This document shows positions 38,771-50,869 of a stretch of 64,000 nt of DNA, piece after piece. The notes beneath the pieces were generated by a model. The model was not told where the DNA came from. It did no database searches and saw only the letters and a program-made list of their open reading frames with translations. A program made the position numbers and the translations under genes. The stretch is from Camelus ferus. Taxonomy: Eukaryota. The DNA lies in contig NC_045697.1 in assembly GCF_009834535.1 (NCBI RefSeq), positions 64,296,001 through 64,360,000 on the forward strand. Direction: 5' to 3'. The stretch's first letter is position 1. The number at the start of each line of letters is the position of its first letter.

Positions 38771-40679
38771 CAAATACATATCCTAAATTTGCACATTATT
38801 GCACAGAAAACCTGCTTATAGCTTTGAAATTGCAGTATTTTGTATCTTCATAATTTCCATAAGCTTGTCTAAGGCTTAGGGATATTTTTGGTTATATCTC
38901 AAACTTGAGATACCTGTTTTAGTCCTCTATGAGGATAATATTCTCAAGGATAAGGTCCAGAATAGGAATTTTTAAAAAGATGAAATTGAAAGTTCTACTC
39001 ATCCCATCGACATTATTGTAGAAGAACACAGATCTTTTTCCTATATATTCTCTTATCTGCACCTAATGGCTCCTTTAGCTGTTAAACAAGCTACTACTGG
39101 GAAAAACAAGAATGAATATATCCAAAGCCTGTGTCCTCATAATGTTTATAAATTTAGGGAAGACAAGACTAGTATATAAAATTGGGGGAGGGGGGTCAAA
39201 ATGATAAAGTGTGTATTAAAATGTCTTATACAAGTAAAAGAAATAGGAATTCAGAGCAGAGAGGGAAAAGTCAGAGGCTTTAGAAAGAAGATAGAGAGCA
39301 AGGCACACAGTCTGATTATGAAAGAAAGGCCATATTGTTAAACCATGGAGAAAGGATTAGAGGGATGGAGGAAGAAACAGGCACATTATAGAGTCTCCAG
39401 TACACAATCAGCCTCATAAAAAGCACAGTGTGAATCTGTGGCAAGAACAGATAATGCTTAAGTGGCCAGATGTAAATAGCTCTTCTGGTCTTAAAAAATG
39501 CTTACATAATACCGCTTTTAATGCACTAAAGGTATTTTTCCTTGTCTCCTTTGTATGAAATTCCCAGATGGAGAAATCACTGTTATTGAGACAAATAAAC
39601 TCTTAAGAATTCTTTATTATTTATTGTTTATTGCTTAATTACGGGAACGTTTGTACCTTTGTATGTGTTTTTTCCCTATTGTAGGAACCTTTTAATGTTC
39701 ATGTTCTCTTTGTTAGTTGCTCAATTTTTGTACTTTCTATTTTGCTATTTCTCTAAGAGTCAATATTAAGAATGTGCTTCTAACACTCATGGCACAAAAT
39801 ATAAAAAGACTAAGGTCTAAGTAGGGCACCATTAAATTTGGCGAAAAGTATGACAAATATGTAACCATTACTATACGCATAAAAAGCAAATAGATCTCTC
39901 ATTCATTCACTTCCTGCTACTTTAAATGGCTGCTCTTGACAACCATATGTTGTTTCTGATGTTTTACGTGCTGAGTATTACTGGACGCAGAACAAGTTCT
40001 TTGCAATTTAATGCCTATAAATTGGTTGTATGTTACAGAGAAATGATCTTTAAAATACATCTCCTGTGTGTATCTGTTCATTGATCCAATACCTTACCTT
40101 ATGGTCATGCCCACGTTCAATAATCATTATTATGGAAATAACAATGCCTGCCTGTTTCAACCAGTAGCATCAGCAGATGCTAAGAGTACTAGAAATCACA
40201 CAGGCTTTCATGCGTACTTTTTGACTGACTGACTGCTTTTGACAGGAGAATGTATTTATGAGTGTATTTTCATTCTTTTCCCCACCTGTTTTAAACCTTC
40301 AAAGAGCTCAGACTCCTGCTCCATAATTTTAATGCTTCAATATGGTCTTCCTTATTGTCCTTTCCATTTATCTACTGCTCAGAAGAACTTGCCAGAAACT
40401 TTAGGAGACATGTCATAGAGCTGTAAAAACTTGGGAAATGCTCTGGGGTGACACCATCCAAAAACTATTGAGTTAAAAAACAATTTTTGAAAAAAAATTG
40501 CCCAATGACTAGATTTTGAAGACTTTGATGACATTGGCTATATAAATTCTTAAGTCTTAATTGTATCTTTAGTTATTCAGATGCATGTGGTTATATAGTT
40601 AAGACTTTGGAGGGAAGAAGTACTAAATAGCTACCAACACTTGAGCAAATATTATATGCCATCCTTTCTCTCTCTCTAA

Positions 40680-42060
40680 AAACTCAGTTTGCATTTAAGA
40701 TAACTTATATAAATGGAATCATACAGATGTATTTTTTGGCCTGGGTGCTGTCACTTAGTGTAAGTATTTTGAGATTATGTATCTATTTTGTTTGGGTATC
40801 TATCAGTAGTTTGTCTTTTTGCTGATTGGAAACCAAATGCATGAGTATATCACAATTTGTTTATCTATTCACCTGTTTATGAACATTTGGGCTTCTCCCA
40901 GTTTTGAACCATTACAAATAAAGCTGCTGTGAATGTTCATATACATGTCTTTGGACATATGCTTTCCTGCCTCTCAAGTAAATACTTAGGAGTGGAATAG
41001 CTGACGATTATGGTAGCAGTATGTTTAACTTTAGTAAAAGTTAACTGCTTTTTAACTTTTTAAAATTTAACTGCCATCTGTTTTCCAAAGTGGTTGTACC
41101 ATTTTACATTTCCATAAGCAGTGTATGAAATTTCTGGATGTTCCATGGTTTTATCAACACTTGACATATCCACTCTTCTTAAATTTATCCATTCTGTTAG
41201 GTTTTTAGTTGTATGTCAGTGTGATATGAATTTTCATTTACCTAAATGATGATTCAGAGTAACATTTCAAGGACTCCTTAAGTAAAGTGTCCATTCAAAT
41301 TAGCACCATTTAAAAATTTTAGGTTGTGTCTTCTTATTACATTTGGAGAGTTCCTTAAATATTACTGTATGATAGAAGCCAGTTAGGTATTACATGACTT
41401 CTAAACATTTTGTCTCCATCTATGGCTTAACGTTTTCATTTCCTTTAATAGGTCTTTCAAAGAGCAGAGGTTTTTTTTAATTTTGGTGAAGTCAAATTTA
41501 ATGATTTTTCTCTTTACATCATGCTTTTAGCATCATTTCTAAGAAATTTTTACCTAAAGCAAGACCACAAATATTTTGACCTATGTTTTCTTCATGATGC
41601 CTTACAGTTTTAGGTTTTACATTTGGATCAATGTTACATTTTGAGTTAATTTTTGTATTTATTGCAAAGTATAAAGTATGGAAAAGGGGTGGATACCCAA
41701 TTGCCCCAGCACTATTTGTTGAAAAGTCTATCTTTTCCTCACTAAACTGTCTCTGTACTTTTGTCAAAAATTAGTAGTCCGTATATGTGTAGGTCTATTT
41801 CTAGACACCCCATTATTTTCCATTGATATATTTATGTATATTTTAGTCAATACAAGTTTCTCAGTGACTGCATCAATATAATAAATGTTGAAATCAGGAA
41901 ATTTTAGTCCAACAAATTTGTTCTTCTCTTTCAAAACTGCTTTTGCTATTTTGGATTCTTTTGCATTTCCACATGAATTTTAGAATTAGCTTGTCAAGTT
42001 CTATGAAAAAAAGCCTAAATGGATTTTGATTATGATTTTGTTAAAGTTACAAACAACTCT
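40680..42060 (-). mobile_element. Old LINE-1 (L1MB/MC-like) 3' portion
   Basis: ORF 41519..41767 (TKINSKCNIDPNVKPKTVRHHEENIG) is an ORF2 relic. Confidence 0.8.
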
Positions 42061-42164
42061 TGACTGCCCATTTGTGGTCTGAGGTACTAAATCTAAAATA
42101 AAAAAAGAGGTTTCACTCATTTTTGAAAGGCAGACTATTTAAAAAGTGAATGCTATATAAATAG

Positions 42165-43475
42165 CTATTTGTCCAAAAGATATACTAATAGCCAATAAAC
42201 ACATGACAAGATGTTCAGCATCATTTGCCATCAGAGAAGTTCTAATCAAAACCACAATGAGATATTAATTCACACACATAAGGATAGCTATAGTCAAAAA
42301 CACAGTAACAAGTGTTGATAAGAATATGGGAAAATAAGAATCTTCACTCACTGCTGGTAAGAATGTAAAATGCCACAGCCACTTGGAAAATATCCTGGTA
42401 GTTCCACAAAATGTTAAACATAGTGTTACCATTTGACCCAGCAAGTCCACACCAAGGTATATACATACCCAAGAGAAATTAAAATATATTTCTCTCAAAA
42501 ATTTGTATATAAATGTTTATAGCAGCATTATTCATAATGGCCAAAATATATAAATAACCCAAATGTCTATCATCTGATGAATGGATAAAAGAAATATAGT
42601 TATGTCCAAATAAATTACATATCTGATAAGGGTCATATATCCAGAATATATAAAACACACTTACAACCCAAAAATAAAAAGATAGATAATCCAATTAAAA
42701 TATGGGCAAGGGATTTGAATAGATATATCTCCAAAGAAGATGTGCCACTAGCCAATAAGACATGAAAAGATGCTCAACATCATTAGCTACCAAGGGAATG
42801 CAAGTCGAAACCACAAAGAGATACCTCTTCACACCCACTAAGATGGCTAAACAAAAAGGACAGACAATAACAAGTGTTGATGAGAATATGGAAAAATAGG
42901 AACTCATACAGCTGGTGGTATTATAAAATGATGCAATCAATTTGGAAAGCAGTTTGGTAGGTCCTCAAAATGTTAACTATCGGGCTACCACATGATCTAA
43001 CAATTCCACTCCCAGGTATATAGTTAGAGTGAGAAATGAAAACATACATTTTTAAAACCTTGTATATTAATTTTCATAGCAACATTATTCATAATAGCCA
43101 AAAATAGGAAACAACCTAAATGTTCATCAATGGGATGTAAGGATCAACAAAATGCAGTATATCCATGCTATGGAATATTATTCAGCCATAAAAAAATTGA
43201 ATATTGAAGCATGCTATATAATGTAACTAAACCTTGAAAACTTTACTCTAAAAAGTCAGTCACAAAAGATTACTTTTTATGTAATTTAATTTATGTGAAA
43301 TTTCCTGAATAGGACATCTGCGGAACAAAAAGTAAACTGGGATTGCCTAGAGTCAGTGATGATTAGGGGCTAAAAACTAAAGGGTATGGGGTTTCTTTTA
43401 TGGTAATGAAAATGTTTTAAAATGTATTTTGGTGATGGTTGCATGACTCTGTGGATATACTAAAAACCAGTGACG
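42165..43475 (+). mobile_element. L1MB-like 3' end, with the ORF2 C-terminal segment present twice
   Basis: Two head-to-tail copies of aaaccacaa(t/a)gagata...aacaagtgttgat(a/g)agaatatgg; 3' UTR ends ggtgatggttgcatgactctgtggatatactaaaaacca. Confidence 0.85.
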
Positions 43476-43494
43476 TAGTATCACTATTCTACTA

Positions 43495-43870
43495 CTAATT
43501 AGAAGGCTTCCTAGGGGGAAAGGACATCTAAGTGGTAACATGAATATTAGTTGAAATAGTTAGGTGAGGAGGTCATGGGTAGATTTTTGTAAGGAGGCAA
43601 AATAAAACAGAAAAAAATATTCCAGGTAGAGAAAACAGCAGGTTCTGGGACTCAGGAGTGATAACAAGTTTGGGAAATTAAAGAAGCTCCGTATCTAGTG
43701 TGTTTGTCAAGGCTGGTGGGTGGAAGTAAGAGGAGTAACAAGTGAGGCTGGAGAAGATCATGGAGAGCCTTGTAAACCAGATTGATATTTGGTATTTTCC
43801 TTAGACTTACTGAGATAGTATTAAAAACCCTATGAGGAGTTGAATGTATCAAATATACCTGATCACATAT
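43495..43870 (-). mobile_element. LINE-2 fragment
   Basis: agaaggcttcctagggggaaaggacatctaagt...attccaggtagagaaaacagca...agatcatggagagccttgta. Confidence 0.7.
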
Positions 43871-44599
43871 TGGCTAGTTTTAAAATAAAATTTAAATATA
43901 GCCCTCAAGGAAGAAAACTCTTTATAAGAAAATTTACATATTTTACTATCTGTAACTGACTTTGGTCATGATGCATTAAAATGAGAACATATTACGTTTT
44001 TACATCTCTGCTTATTTAAATTCCCACAAATTTCCATGGTAGGTATCTTCCTAGTTCACAAGAAGACATCTGACCAACTTAAAACCTCATGTAGTTTTCT
44101 CAATTCGTTTGAACATCTAAAACATAAAGTCAGAAGGCAACAATGGAATTTGGAGGAATATCAAGTTGATTTTCACTTGTTCTATAACATCTTTGACATA
44201 ACTTTGTGAGCAAAATTAAAGATAAAAAGTCTACTTTTAATTTTGTTTAAACATGAGAATACTGTTTTTTAAAGTATTCATTCATTGACTATCAGGTGAT
44301 TGGCAACCAAAAATTGGTAGCCATTATTAAGTGTGATACAAATGCAGCAGGGTAATATTTTGAGGTGTTGATTTGGCTTTTACCTTTTTGCATTCATCCT
44401 GAGTCTTTATGAATTTAGTCACAGCAAAACGGCAAGAAAATACCTTCCACTTCAAAAGCCAAAACTTTTTAGTTTCAAAATCCTAAATCCTAAAAGATTT
44501 GAAAATAAGAATTACGCCATAGTGATTTGGAAAACTGAACAAACATCTAGAACTAATTTTTTGGTACCTTCTACTACCTCACTTCCACTATCACCCTGA

Positions 44600-45285
44600 G
44601 ACTAGATAAAGTTGGTCCAAAAAAGTTAAAGACAAAGAAATGAAACGAGTTTAAATGCTGGTGCTTCCCTAGAAGGAAACCAGTCTCCCCTGGACACATC
44701 CTGGGACCTACTGACAGATTTTAGTTTGGGGAACTCACTAAACCTTTTTCAGCTTAGGACTAGGAAAAATCCAGAATCAGTTATCCTGATCCTAGCCTGT
44801 GTGAGAGCATCAGAAATATCTTCAGGGGCTCTCTAGGCAGTCAGTTCTGAGACAACTTGATATAATCCCTGTTTGTACCCACTGTAGACCAGGCAGCCAC
44901 AAAATGTTTGCCTCTACAGCCAGGAACAGACAAATATGGCATCTCAGTCTGGTAGATTTGGAAAGCTTCCGTGGCAAGATGAAGCAGTGATCTCTGTGGA
45001 CCCACCATCAACGAGCAGAAGCGAACGAGGACATCGTGGTAGAAATCATCATAAACACATGACCATGACCTTTGTTAGACACGTCTTGCCTCCCAAACAT
45101 AGGTCTTGGCCTTTATAAAGCCCCAAAAGGAAACAACCCCATGAACTAATGTAAAGAGTAACTTGCTGAATTTATTATTTGGTACCCGGTAGAATGGAGG
45201 CTCAAACTTAAAATTAAATTTAACTGTAAAAAAATCACAATCTTTATGACCTGAGAATTGTAGCCATCAAACCAATAAAAATCCC
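44600..45285 (+). mobile_element. Possible ancient LTR remnant (LTR78/MamGyp-like)
   Basis: gaatggaggctcaaacttaaaattaaatttaactgtaaaaaaatcacaatctttatgacctgag loosely resembles such LTR 3' ends. Confidence 0.3.
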
Positions 45286-46289
45286 TACCATTTACTGCAT
45301 GCTTACAAGGTGGCAAATTTTAAATTAGCTACTTTACATAAGTTATCTCAATTTCATTAATAGTAAGGCACATTCTAAAAATGTTCCCCCTTGCACAAAT
45401 GTTTTTCATGACAGACTCATTCCACTCTGATAGTCAAAGTTGGTTCTAGTACACCCTCTTATAGTTGTTTAACACCATACATCTTAGAAAAATATTGGAT
45501 TAATAGTTCTTATACCTGGCAGTTTTAGATCTAGTGATTTGAGGTTCCTGTTCAAACCATAATTAACTTAATATTCATCTCCCTTGTCTTTTAAAGTCAC
45601 TTCCATTAGCAAGACTTTTATGATTTCCCAGCATGGTTGGCAACAATTTTATTTCTATCAAGCAAAAGACAATACCGTGTTACAGATAGTCATTATAAAA
45701 TAAATAATAATATTAAAGTCTTTATCTTGTCTTGGGGCTATTCTTCGCCTTCAAAAAAATTAATTGGCCCCACAGGCTTAGATAGGTTTTAAATTTTGAT
45801 GAGGGAATTAGACAGGAAGGAGGGATGTTAAAATTATCATTTCTCTTTTCCCTAAGGCAGCTCCCTCAAAGGCCACTCAGAATGGGAAATGTCTGTTTGA
45901 GGCCTTGCCCGGCAAGAACCAATAGGAACCACACCACATTCAGCTATAACCTTTACTGTATTTCTAAAAAGTGAATTCAGCCTCCAGCCTGACCAAAAGG
46001 TATAAATAAGCTTTACAGTTTTGACCTTAGATAGCTGGGGAGCAACTAGATAAGCTGGTGTCAAGGAATATTTGCTTTTATTTTTAAAACATCTATTTCA
46101 TGCTTGTAAAATCTAAAGGTAGGCTGACTGAGAGTGGAGATGAGGCAGCAGAAACATGGACTGAGTAGGTAAAGGGTGGTTTCTCTTCTTTTAATAAGCT
46201 GGCAAAACCGCTAAGGAAAAATCATATATTGAAGAAAGGAGAACAGTTGTTTCTATCGAACTCACCACTGTGTACATTTTGCCATCTCA

Positions 46290-46291
<2 letters not shown>

Positions 46292-46340
<49 letters not shown>
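46292..46340. repeat. (TG)24 microsatellite
   Basis: Perfect repeat seen directly in the sequence. Confidence 0.97.
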
Positions 46341-46342
<2 letters not shown>

Positions 46343-47164
46343 AATCACTGCAGTGAGGCTAAGATTACAAAGAAGGAATGTAAATCCCCTCGGATATGAA
46401 GACAATCCCCAGGTATTTTTCTTGACCCTGCAAAAGTGAAAAAGCATGAAATAGTTTTGCCAAGAGGAACAGATGTTTCTGTTGTATATTTCTTACTCCC
46501 TGAGCATGTTTGAGAATTCTAAATATAAACGTTCAAACAGACAGGGTGCAAACACACAGGAAGTTTGGGGGAGTGTGAGAATTCATTTAGGCGATTCGAT
46601 CTGATTCACAATTTTGCACATGAATCAAAAATCAGGAAAAGTAGAAAAAGGGACCATTTAGACATATTAGCATGTATGTGTGGCTTGCATCTTAAAAAGA
46701 AAGCCAATTCAGAGAGGTAGCTAATCTCATGACCAACTTAAACTACATGAAGAATAAATAGAAACAAGTTTCAAAGACACACAGAATATTCTAACTTAAT
46801 TTGGCATGGTTACTTCGGTGTCCTTATATGACAGACTGAATGGGGTCACTTTTGTAAATTCCAAAATTTCACTTATATTTCGTACAGCTTTATAGATTAA
46901 ATTTAAAAATGAAAATCTCTCTCTGAGCAGAAATGGTAGGTGGCCAGAATGAATATTCTAACTAGCCAACACATTACTTGGCACATAGTCATCTAATATT
47001 TACTACAGAGTAAAAATATAAACTTGCTGATCAAGATGCTTTAACAAGTTAAGCTCTAAACCTCCAATGGATAGTGAGTACAATTTTCATTTCTATGTGA
47101 AATGGCAATTCGGTGTATTTCATGGAAGTACAGTTTACTTCCATGAAAATAATATGTTTCTGGG

Positions 47165-48750
47165 TAAAGTTATCAGAATGACAACACAGATCATTCCTGA
47201 CTTCAATCTGCCTCATAAAAGACCAGTTAGCAACTACTCATAGACAAGACACCATTGAGAAGATCCCAGAACTCAGGAATGAGACTGAAGCACTCTCCTG
47301 GACCACAGTGATGGAAAAGGACCACATTAGAGAGTAAGAGAAGTGGCTACACTGACTGCATTGCCCTCCCTCAGGCTGGCACAGCACCACACCAAGAGGG
47401 TTTGTTTCTCTGGGCCTACAGTTTCTCCACTGGGAAAAAGAAAGCCCAAGGTTGAATTCCAGCTCCCCCAGCACTACAGGATGCTTCCCTGGAGGTCCAC
47501 TCAGATCTCATCCCACATGACCACTAGGGAAATTTGCAGGGCTTGAACTCCGAAGATCAGAGAGAGATGGAGAAGGGAATGGGACTGACAGCCGTCAGTG
47601 TTCAGATCTCAGACTGCATCCCTCCTTGCAGTGGTGCTTTAGCAGAGATCCCAGCAAGTAGCTCTGCACATCTGCAGAGCAGAGCCTGTGCCCCATCCTG
47701 GCCAGGGGGCTCACTGGCAGTTCTGCCTGAGTCAGATCCACAGCACAACTGCATCTGAGGCCCATTCTACTTCCCATCCAGGCAGAGAGCAAATGTGAAG
47801 CAACGCCCAACTGCAGAGTGTAGCCTCCAGTCCCACCAACCATGATACCTGACTGGAGAATCCAGGCACCACAGAGCCCATTCTACAGCCACCCTTGGCA
47901 AGGAGCCAGGCCAGCAACACTGCCCCACTGTGATGGGTAGCCTCTGGCCCCACATAACCAGGTTGTCTGAGCAGTGACCATGCACAGCCTTATAACGCAA
48001 ACTATGGCACTGCCCAGCCACAAAGACCAGCTTACAACAGAGTCTAGCTTTGCTAGACGTCTGAATATAGCTTATGGCCTCGCCCAGGAAGGGAGACTAA
48101 TCAGTGATACCCCAAGTCGTGGAGCACAGCCTGCAGCCTCACCTGAAAAAGAAGCCTGGACAACGACCCCTCCTGACCTCAGAGCACAGTCCCTAGCACA
48201 CCCAAATGCAGGATGCATCTGGAGGTACCCCTCAACCAAAGAGCCAAGCCAGCGACGTTGCCCAACAGCGGAGCACAGCCAGAGGCCTACGTGGTCATGA
48301 AGCCCACCCTACAGCCCCACTTAAATCTGGGGCACAGTCTGGATCCCTGTCTGATCACAGAGCATGATCCAAGGACTTGTTTAACCACAAAGCATGTGGC
48401 CCTGCCTGAACAGAGTCCAGCCAATAACACCATCTTGCTGGCAGCACAGCCTGAGACCCCACCTGACCAGGAACAACTGCAGAGGCCAGCTCATAGCCCT
48501 GTCCAACCGTGCAGTCTAGCAAGTGTCACCACCCTGCAAGGGGTTACAGCCTGCGACCCTGCCTGATCAGAGGTGACTGCAGAGCCCACCTGCTGGCCCC
48601 AGTTGACTGAGCAGTACAGTCAGTGGCCCATCCTGATCAGGGAGACCACCCAATAACCAACCCCCACGGAAAGCCCAGCCAGGAGGTCCACACAAACATG
48701 GAAGCCAGCCAGTGGCAACCCCTTGATCTCAGAGCACAGGCAGCAGTTGA
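47165..48750 (+). mobile_element. Orphan LINE-1 5' UTR (L1M3/L1MA9-like) with degenerate tandem repeats
   Basis: GC-richer island; tgggcctacagtttctccactgggaaaaagaaagcccaagg...cagctcccccagcact; recurring gagcacagcc/ccccacctgacc units. Confidence 0.7.
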
Positions 48751-48879
48751 TTTGGCAAATGCTCCACCTCTACCCCAACTGACTTAAGAAAAGAGGAACA
48801 GAAGCAGGTTACATTCACAAAGAATGGGCAAGACTATACATTTACCATCATGACCTAGAACTATGATCATTCTCCACTC

Positions 48880-50865
48880 CTCTTCTTTCCAGACATTCTA
48901 ACTGTTTTATTACTAGTATCTACCTAAAATTTTTATCTCCATTCAATTATTTTAAATCTATTTATACCTTTATATTTAAAGCTCATCAGTTATAAACAGA
49001 ATATATTCTGATCTTGCACTTCGACCAGTCTGACAAATGTGCATTCGACTGGAGTATCAGTTCATTTATTTTCAGTATAATTTTTAATGATTATATTCAA
49101 CTCTACCATTTTGCTTTTCCCCCCTAGAAATCCCATCTATTATTTTCTCTAGTACTTCCTTCCTACCTATTTTTGTGTTAATAAAATTGGTTTAGTAATA
49201 TATTTTATTTTCTATACTGTCTTTTTAGTTATACTTCTTTGAATTATTTTAAATGTTTGCTCTGATGATTACTGTTTATATTTTAATATACCACAGTTGA
49301 TTTAAGATTAGCATTGTACTGTATCAAATAAAATATAGAAATTTGCAACATTATAACTTTATTTACTGACCCCACTATATCACTATTCATTCCAGTCTGA
49401 TCATTTTTCCTTTAGCTTTTTTTGGCAACACAGTTCTTCTCAAAATTTTTTCTTAGCTTTTGATTTGATGCTTTTATTTTACCTTAATTTTTGAATGATA
49501 TGTTTACTATATGTTGATTTCTGCACTGGCAGTTTCTTCTTCCTATTCTCTAACAATGCTTTACCACTGTCACCTAGACTCCATTGTTTATGATGGGAAG
49601 TCAGCTTTAATTTTCACTATGTGTATAATCTATCACTTTTCTGTGCTGCTTTCAAGATTTTCTTCTTGTCTTTGGTTTTCAATAGTTCAACTATAATATG
49701 CCTAGGTATCATTTTCTTTGAATTTATCCTATTTCAGGATTTTTGAGCTTCTTAAATCTGTGAGTTCGTGTTTATTACCATATTTGGGGAAACCTTGTAA
49801 TGATTTACTCTATTTTTTTTTTAATTATTCTTTTTTTCAACTTCTGAATTTCAATTATCCCTTGATATTGTCCCACTTGTCACTGATGTTTTCACTCTTT
49901 TTTTAAATTCTTCTTTCTCCTTGATATTCAGATTGAACAATTTCTATTGATACATTTTCAACTACACTATTTACTACATACAGTGTACAAAATGATTTTA
50001 ATTCCACCTATTGAATTTTTTCAATTTTTGAATTCTATATTTTGCTTTTTTCTTAGTTTTCATATCTCTGCTTCAATTGCATCTATTTATAATAATTATG
50101 ACAATATTTTATGTTAAGTCCAGGAACATATTTATAATAGCTGCTTTAAAATCCTTGCCTGCTGAGTCTAACATCTAGGTTATATCAGGGTTCATTTCTA
50201 TTAGTTACTTTTTCTTTTGGCTCTGGATATTTTCCTGTTTCTACTCATCTCAAGTAATTTAATTTTAATTGTAATGGACATTACAGATGATATGTTGTAG
50301 GGACTGTTGTTCATTTATCTTCTTTTTAGGAGCAACAATTAGCTGAAACAACATCCAAACCTTGTCTCCCTCACATGGGCAGACTGACATCTCTGCTTGG
50401 TTCCCTTAACCTTCTGTCTGTCCCTCACTTTGAGATTCTTAGAATCTTGGAATTCTGGGGTCATCCAAAACCATTCTGTAATTCACACACATTTTGGGAG
50501 GCTTCCCTAAACATGAGTCTCTATTTAAAGGATATGTCCCTTCAAACTGTTGCTGCTCTGGGTGGCCTGAATTCTACCCTCTGATTTCTCAGGCCAGAAA
50601 GACTAAAATTTTATGCTTCAGATTCACCTGCTTTGCTCCCCAAGAAACAGGATTTGTCTCAAGCTATATGAATGAAATATAAATATAAAATTGACATATA
50701 AACACAAATCTATTCAGCTTTTGCCTTTTAATGATTAGCTTATCAGTGTTTTTCAAGAACTTTGGCAACTCCTCAGTACTTTCAAATACTTTTGTAAAAA
50801 TTTTCTCTTCATAATTTATAATTAACATCTCTGGGAGGATTAGTCCAATACAACCTAGAAATACA
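48880..50865 (-). mobile_element. Old L1ME 5'/ORF1 region
   Basis: gctgctttcaagattttcttcttgtctttggttttc; atagctgctttaaaatccttgcctgctgagtctaacatctagg are antisense ORF1-type text. Confidence 0.7.
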
Positions 50866-50869
50866 TACT

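Noticed and set aside
40830..43170. Opposite-orientation L1 3' fragments that could form dsRNA
   Set aside because: The copies look too diverged for stable pairing, and this arrangement is common in L1-rich DNA.
47238..48566. Cluster of overlapping ORFs in a GC-richer island; possible gene or CRISPR-like array
   Set aside because: L1 5' UTR where higher GC lowers stop frequency; the repeats are degenerate and lack constant repeat/unique spacer structure.
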